In this document: positions 27,960-30,307 of the stretch, piece after piece
Position numbering within the stretch: the stretch's first letter is position 1
How the letters are laid out: every line of letters starts with the position of its first letter
Assembly (NCBI GenBank): GCA_011372825.1
Contig: DSAK01000093.1
Location: forward strand, 1 to 30,307
From: Campylobacterota bacterium
Lineage (GTDB): Bacteria > Campylobacterota > Campylobacteria > Campylobacterales > Sulfurovaceae
Direction of reading: 5' to 3'
Length of the DNA: 30,307 nt
The notes under the pieces: model-generated
The model's database searches: none
What the model saw: only the letters and a program-made list of their open reading frames with translations
What the model was told of the DNA's origin: nothing
Position numbers and translations under genes: made by a program

Positions 27960-28856
27960 CTAAAATTTCCTCACAATCATCTCTTTTGCTATTGCAACAA
28001 GCTTTTCTTCTTTGGCTTCCTCCATTAGCGCAACTGCTTCATCTGCCAAACCTTCAGCCTCTTTGTAGCATCTTTGTAATATGTTGTGCTTGTCCATCTG
28101 CTCCAATATCCATTGTAGCTCTTGATCGCTACATTGTTTCTTGTGTAAATTTTGCAATTTTACTTGCTCTTTATTTTCAAGTGCATGATAGAGATATATG
28201 TAAGGTAGTGTTGTTTTCCCTTCTTTAAAATCGTGCAAAGCTGGCTTTCCTAGTGTTTTGCTATCTGATGTGATATCTAGTAAATCGTCTATCATCTGAA
28301 AAGCTATACCAATATTTCTCCCATACTTCCCATAGAGTTTTGCATCTTTACCTGCTATTTGAGCAGCACTAAAAGCACTTGCTTCAATGAGTGATGCTGT
28401 TTTTTTATATATCATATCGATATAAACATCTCTATTAGTATTGAAACTATCGGCTAAATTTACATCATCCAACTCACCAATACTAAGCGAAGTAACCGCA
28501 TTGGAAATCTTATGAGCAACTACCCTATCAAATTCAACCAACTGGCTAAAACCTGTAGAGTACAAGATATCCCCTAACATAATAGCAACTTTATTGCCAT
28601 ATAGGTTGTTGAGAGAACGAATACCTCTTCTTGTTTGGGCATCATCTATCACATCATCATGGAGCAAACTAGCAGCATGTATCATCTCTACAATCGCTGC
28701 TAGCTTGCAACTCTCAAGTCCTCTACCTGCTATATACAAAATCAACTTTGCCCGCAATCGCTTTCCATGTGGCAGCAGACTATAAAGACGGCTAATCTCT
28801 TGATGAGATAGACTCTTAATCATTTGTTCTATTTGTCTCTCTACTGGTTCAAGCAC
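27960..28856 (-). CDS. ispB: Polyprenyl diphosphate synthase (octaprenyl-type)
   Basis: GKRLR, HAASLLHDDVID, KTASL, FQMIDDLLD and GKTTLP motifs. Likely start is GTG 28856 (ORF open to 28877). Confidence 0.9.
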   Translation of the reverse strand: MLEPVERQIEQMIKSLSHQEISRLYSLLPHGKRLRAKLILYIAGRGLESCKLAAIVEMIHAASLLHDDVIDDAQTRRGIRSLNNLYGNKVAIMLGDILYSTGFSQLVEFDRVVAHKISNAVTSLSIGELDDVNLADSFNTNRDVYIDMIYKKTASLIEASAFSAAQIAGKDAKLYGKYGRNIGIAFQMIDDLLDITSDSKTLGKPALHDFKEGKTTLPYIYLYHALENKEQVKLQNLHKKQCSDQELQWILEQMDKHNILQRCYKEAEGLADEAVALMEEAKEEKLVAIAKEMIVRKF

Positions 28857-28869
28857 AAAAACCCCTTTG

Positions 28870-29157
28870 CTATTCACACTGTGTTACTATATTGCCAACC
28901 AACTCTATAAAAAGGCTATTTGTTCTATTTTCAAGGTCACTTAAATCTGTTGATTTTATATATTTTAGTAGTTTTTCATACTCTGCTTCAAGCCCTTTTT
29001 CCTCAAGCATCTTTTCTGCTACTGCTAGCCTTTGGAGTATTTTTTCGATCTCCATATTGACGATATTTGCGTTAGCTGTTTTAGCAATTTCAAAATAGTT
29101 GTCGCGTGGATTTCCTACCAAAAAATCGTCTTCTTGATTAAAAATATTCATATTCAT
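28870..29157 (-). CDS. DUF2018-like conserved Campylobacterota protein
   Basis: Pattern F...P...YFEIAKTANANIV...GNIVTQCE; position directly upstream of ispB as in Helicobacter/Campylobacter; RBS GGGG. Confidence 0.75.
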   Translation of the reverse strand: MNMNIFNQEDDFLVGNPRDNYFEIAKTANANIVNMEIEKILQRLAVAEKMLEEKGLEAEYEKLLKYIKSTDLSDLENRTNSLFIELVGNIVTQCE

Positions 29158-29184
29158 ACTTTCCCCTATAATTAAAGTCTTTTG

Positions 29185-29193
29185 ATTATACCA
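29185..29193 (-). promoter_or_regulatory. Extended -10 for the DUF2018-ispB-hemA-proS-hemC operon
   Basis: TGGTATAAT 27 nt upstream of ATG 29157. Confidence 0.6.
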
Positions 29194-29218
29194 AACTTTT
29201 CTTTTTAAGCAGTTACTT

Positions 29219-29467
29219 CTACTCCTCTTGATTCATAACAAAGATAGGATCAGTAATTCGATTTTTAAACCGAAGTGCTTCTATGTGACTATTGAGCATA
29301 TTGTGCTCTGCTTGCAATGCCGTTGCTTCTTGACGTAATTCATTTATCTTGCGACTCTCATAGTATATTTGACTACTTAAAAAGATTTTCATTATCGCCA
29401 ACAAAATTACTATAACTGCACACATTAGCCCTAATAATGCAATTGACAATGAAACTCCTCGACTCAC
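29219..29467 (-). CDS. FtsL-like small bitopic coiled-coil protein
   Basis: One TM followed by a Leu/Ile heptad coil; GTG start overlaps the rsmH stop (GTGA) with GGAG 7 nt upstream. The FtsL identity is inferred from position and topology. Confidence 0.6.
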   Translation of the reverse strand: MSRGVSLSIALLGLMCAVIVILLAIMKIFLSSQIYYESRKINELRQEATALQAEHNMLNSHIEALRFKNRITDPIFVMNQEE

Positions 29468-30307
29468 AACTTAACTCCATCAAAACAAAATGAACGCAAC
29501 TTAGCACTCCTACTTCTTGGATTGAGCTTAGCCTCTTTGGGGGTTGCTGTGATTGGTTTGCGATTTATCATTTTACCCAAAGCATTATTTTTTCCACAAG
29601 TACATCTCCACACCTCAGGGGGACATATACACTCTTTGCTCCATCTGTTAAAACGGTTTTTAATCAATCTATCTTCAAGTGAGTGAAAAGTGATAAAAGA
29701 TACAATCATTCCATCGGTACGCTGCCTCTCTAAAGAATCCAATAAACTCTCTATCTCTCCTAATTCATCATTTACCTCTATACGAATTGCTTGAAAGATG
29801 AGCGTTGCGGGATGAATCTTGCCCCTTTTTGGAAAAATAGTGCTAATTATGTCCGCTAAATCCTTAGCACTTTGTATCGGCTTTTTTTCTCTTGCATGAA
29901 TTATCGCTTTAGCTACCAAAGAGGGTTGACGCACTTCTCCGTAATGTTCAAAAATATATCGCAGTTGCTCCTCTGTGTAGCTATTGACTACATCATAAGC
30001 ACTTAGCGATGCACTTGTATCCATCCTCATATCAAGCCTTTGACTATCAAAAGAGAAACCTCTTTCTGCTTTGTCAAGCTGCAGTGATGACACACCAAAA
30101 TCTGCCAATACACCTACTATTGGAGACTCATTGAGAACTGGAAACTGTTTAGAGAAAGAACCTTTATAAAGCTTAGTTTTGTATTTCTCTAGTCTTTTGG
30201 CTGAAAAGTCTAGAGCCTCTCTGTCTCTATCGATCCCAATATGCAAAAGATGTGGATAAGCTACAAGCATAGCCTCACTATGACCACCGTACCCAACGGT
30301 ACAATCA
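29464..30307 (-). CDS. rsmH: 16S rRNA m4C1402 methyltransferase, 5' end outside the window
   Basis: The frame extends to the window edge (DCTVGYGGHS); DFGVSSLQLD, RGFSF, FQAIRIEVNDEL, ITFHSLEDR and NPRSRSAKLR motifs. Confidence 0.96.
   Translation of the reverse strand, partial: DCTVGYGGHSEAMLVAYPHLLHIGIDRDREALDFSAKRLEKYKTKLYKGSFSKQFPVLNESPIVGVLADFGVSSLQLDKAERGFSFDSQRLDMRMDTSASLSAYDVVNSYTEEQLRYIFEHYGEVRQPSLVAKAIIHAREKKPIQSAKDLADIISTIFPKRGKIHPATLIFQAIRIEVNDELGEIESLLDSLERQRTDGMIVSFITFHSLEDRLIKNRFNRWSKECICPPEVWRCTCGKNNALGKMINRKPITATPKEAKLNPRSRSAKLRSFCFDGVKL

Noticed and set aside
29590-29640. Cys-rich CICPPEVWRCTC segment in RsmH
   Set aside because: This is a common insertion in RsmH of many bacteria and is not unusual.
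1-30307. Search by eye for tRNA/rRNA, CRISPR arrays, IS elements, integrases, defence or toxin-antitoxin genes
   Set aside because: None was recognised. Intergenic gaps are short and nearly all coding space is assigned to core genes.

Overview
This AT-rich window looks like the core chromosome of a Campylobacterota (epsilonproteobacterial) organism. A Sulfurovum/Sulfurimonas-like lineage is inferred from gene content and order; it is not proven. Most of the window is housekeeping, in this order: pepP-like peptidase (partial)/aroQ; aminofutalosine-deaminase-like amidohydrolase-sppA; a cell-envelope operon (tatD-rlpA-hisB-kdsC-lptC-lptA-engB-GNAT-membrane protein-mrdA); CNNM/CorC-like transporter; recN-nadK; aspS-adk; a SYLF protein; ruvA; and rsmH(partial)-ftsL-like-DUF2018-ispB-hemA-proS-fxsA-dsb-hemC-mqnL/ubiD. 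I see no rRNA, tRNA, CRISPR array or mobile element. The best candidate for an undescribed system is the 10.2-13.6 kb block. It holds an OmpR-type two-component system, an uncharacterised monoheme CXXCH protein, a secreted cytochrome-c-like protein that lacks the heme motif and has three Cys including a C-terminal one, and a c553-type cytochrome. It also has an 11-bp-periodic direct repeat at the promoter of the last two genes and a decayed exported rhodanese gene transcribed divergently. Other notable points are a putative 21-aa leader peptide coupled to the CNNM transporter start, an MreD-positioned membrane protein with a CxxC motif, and an FtsL-like gene after rsmH. All functional interpretations of these are inference from motifs and context; no searches were run.
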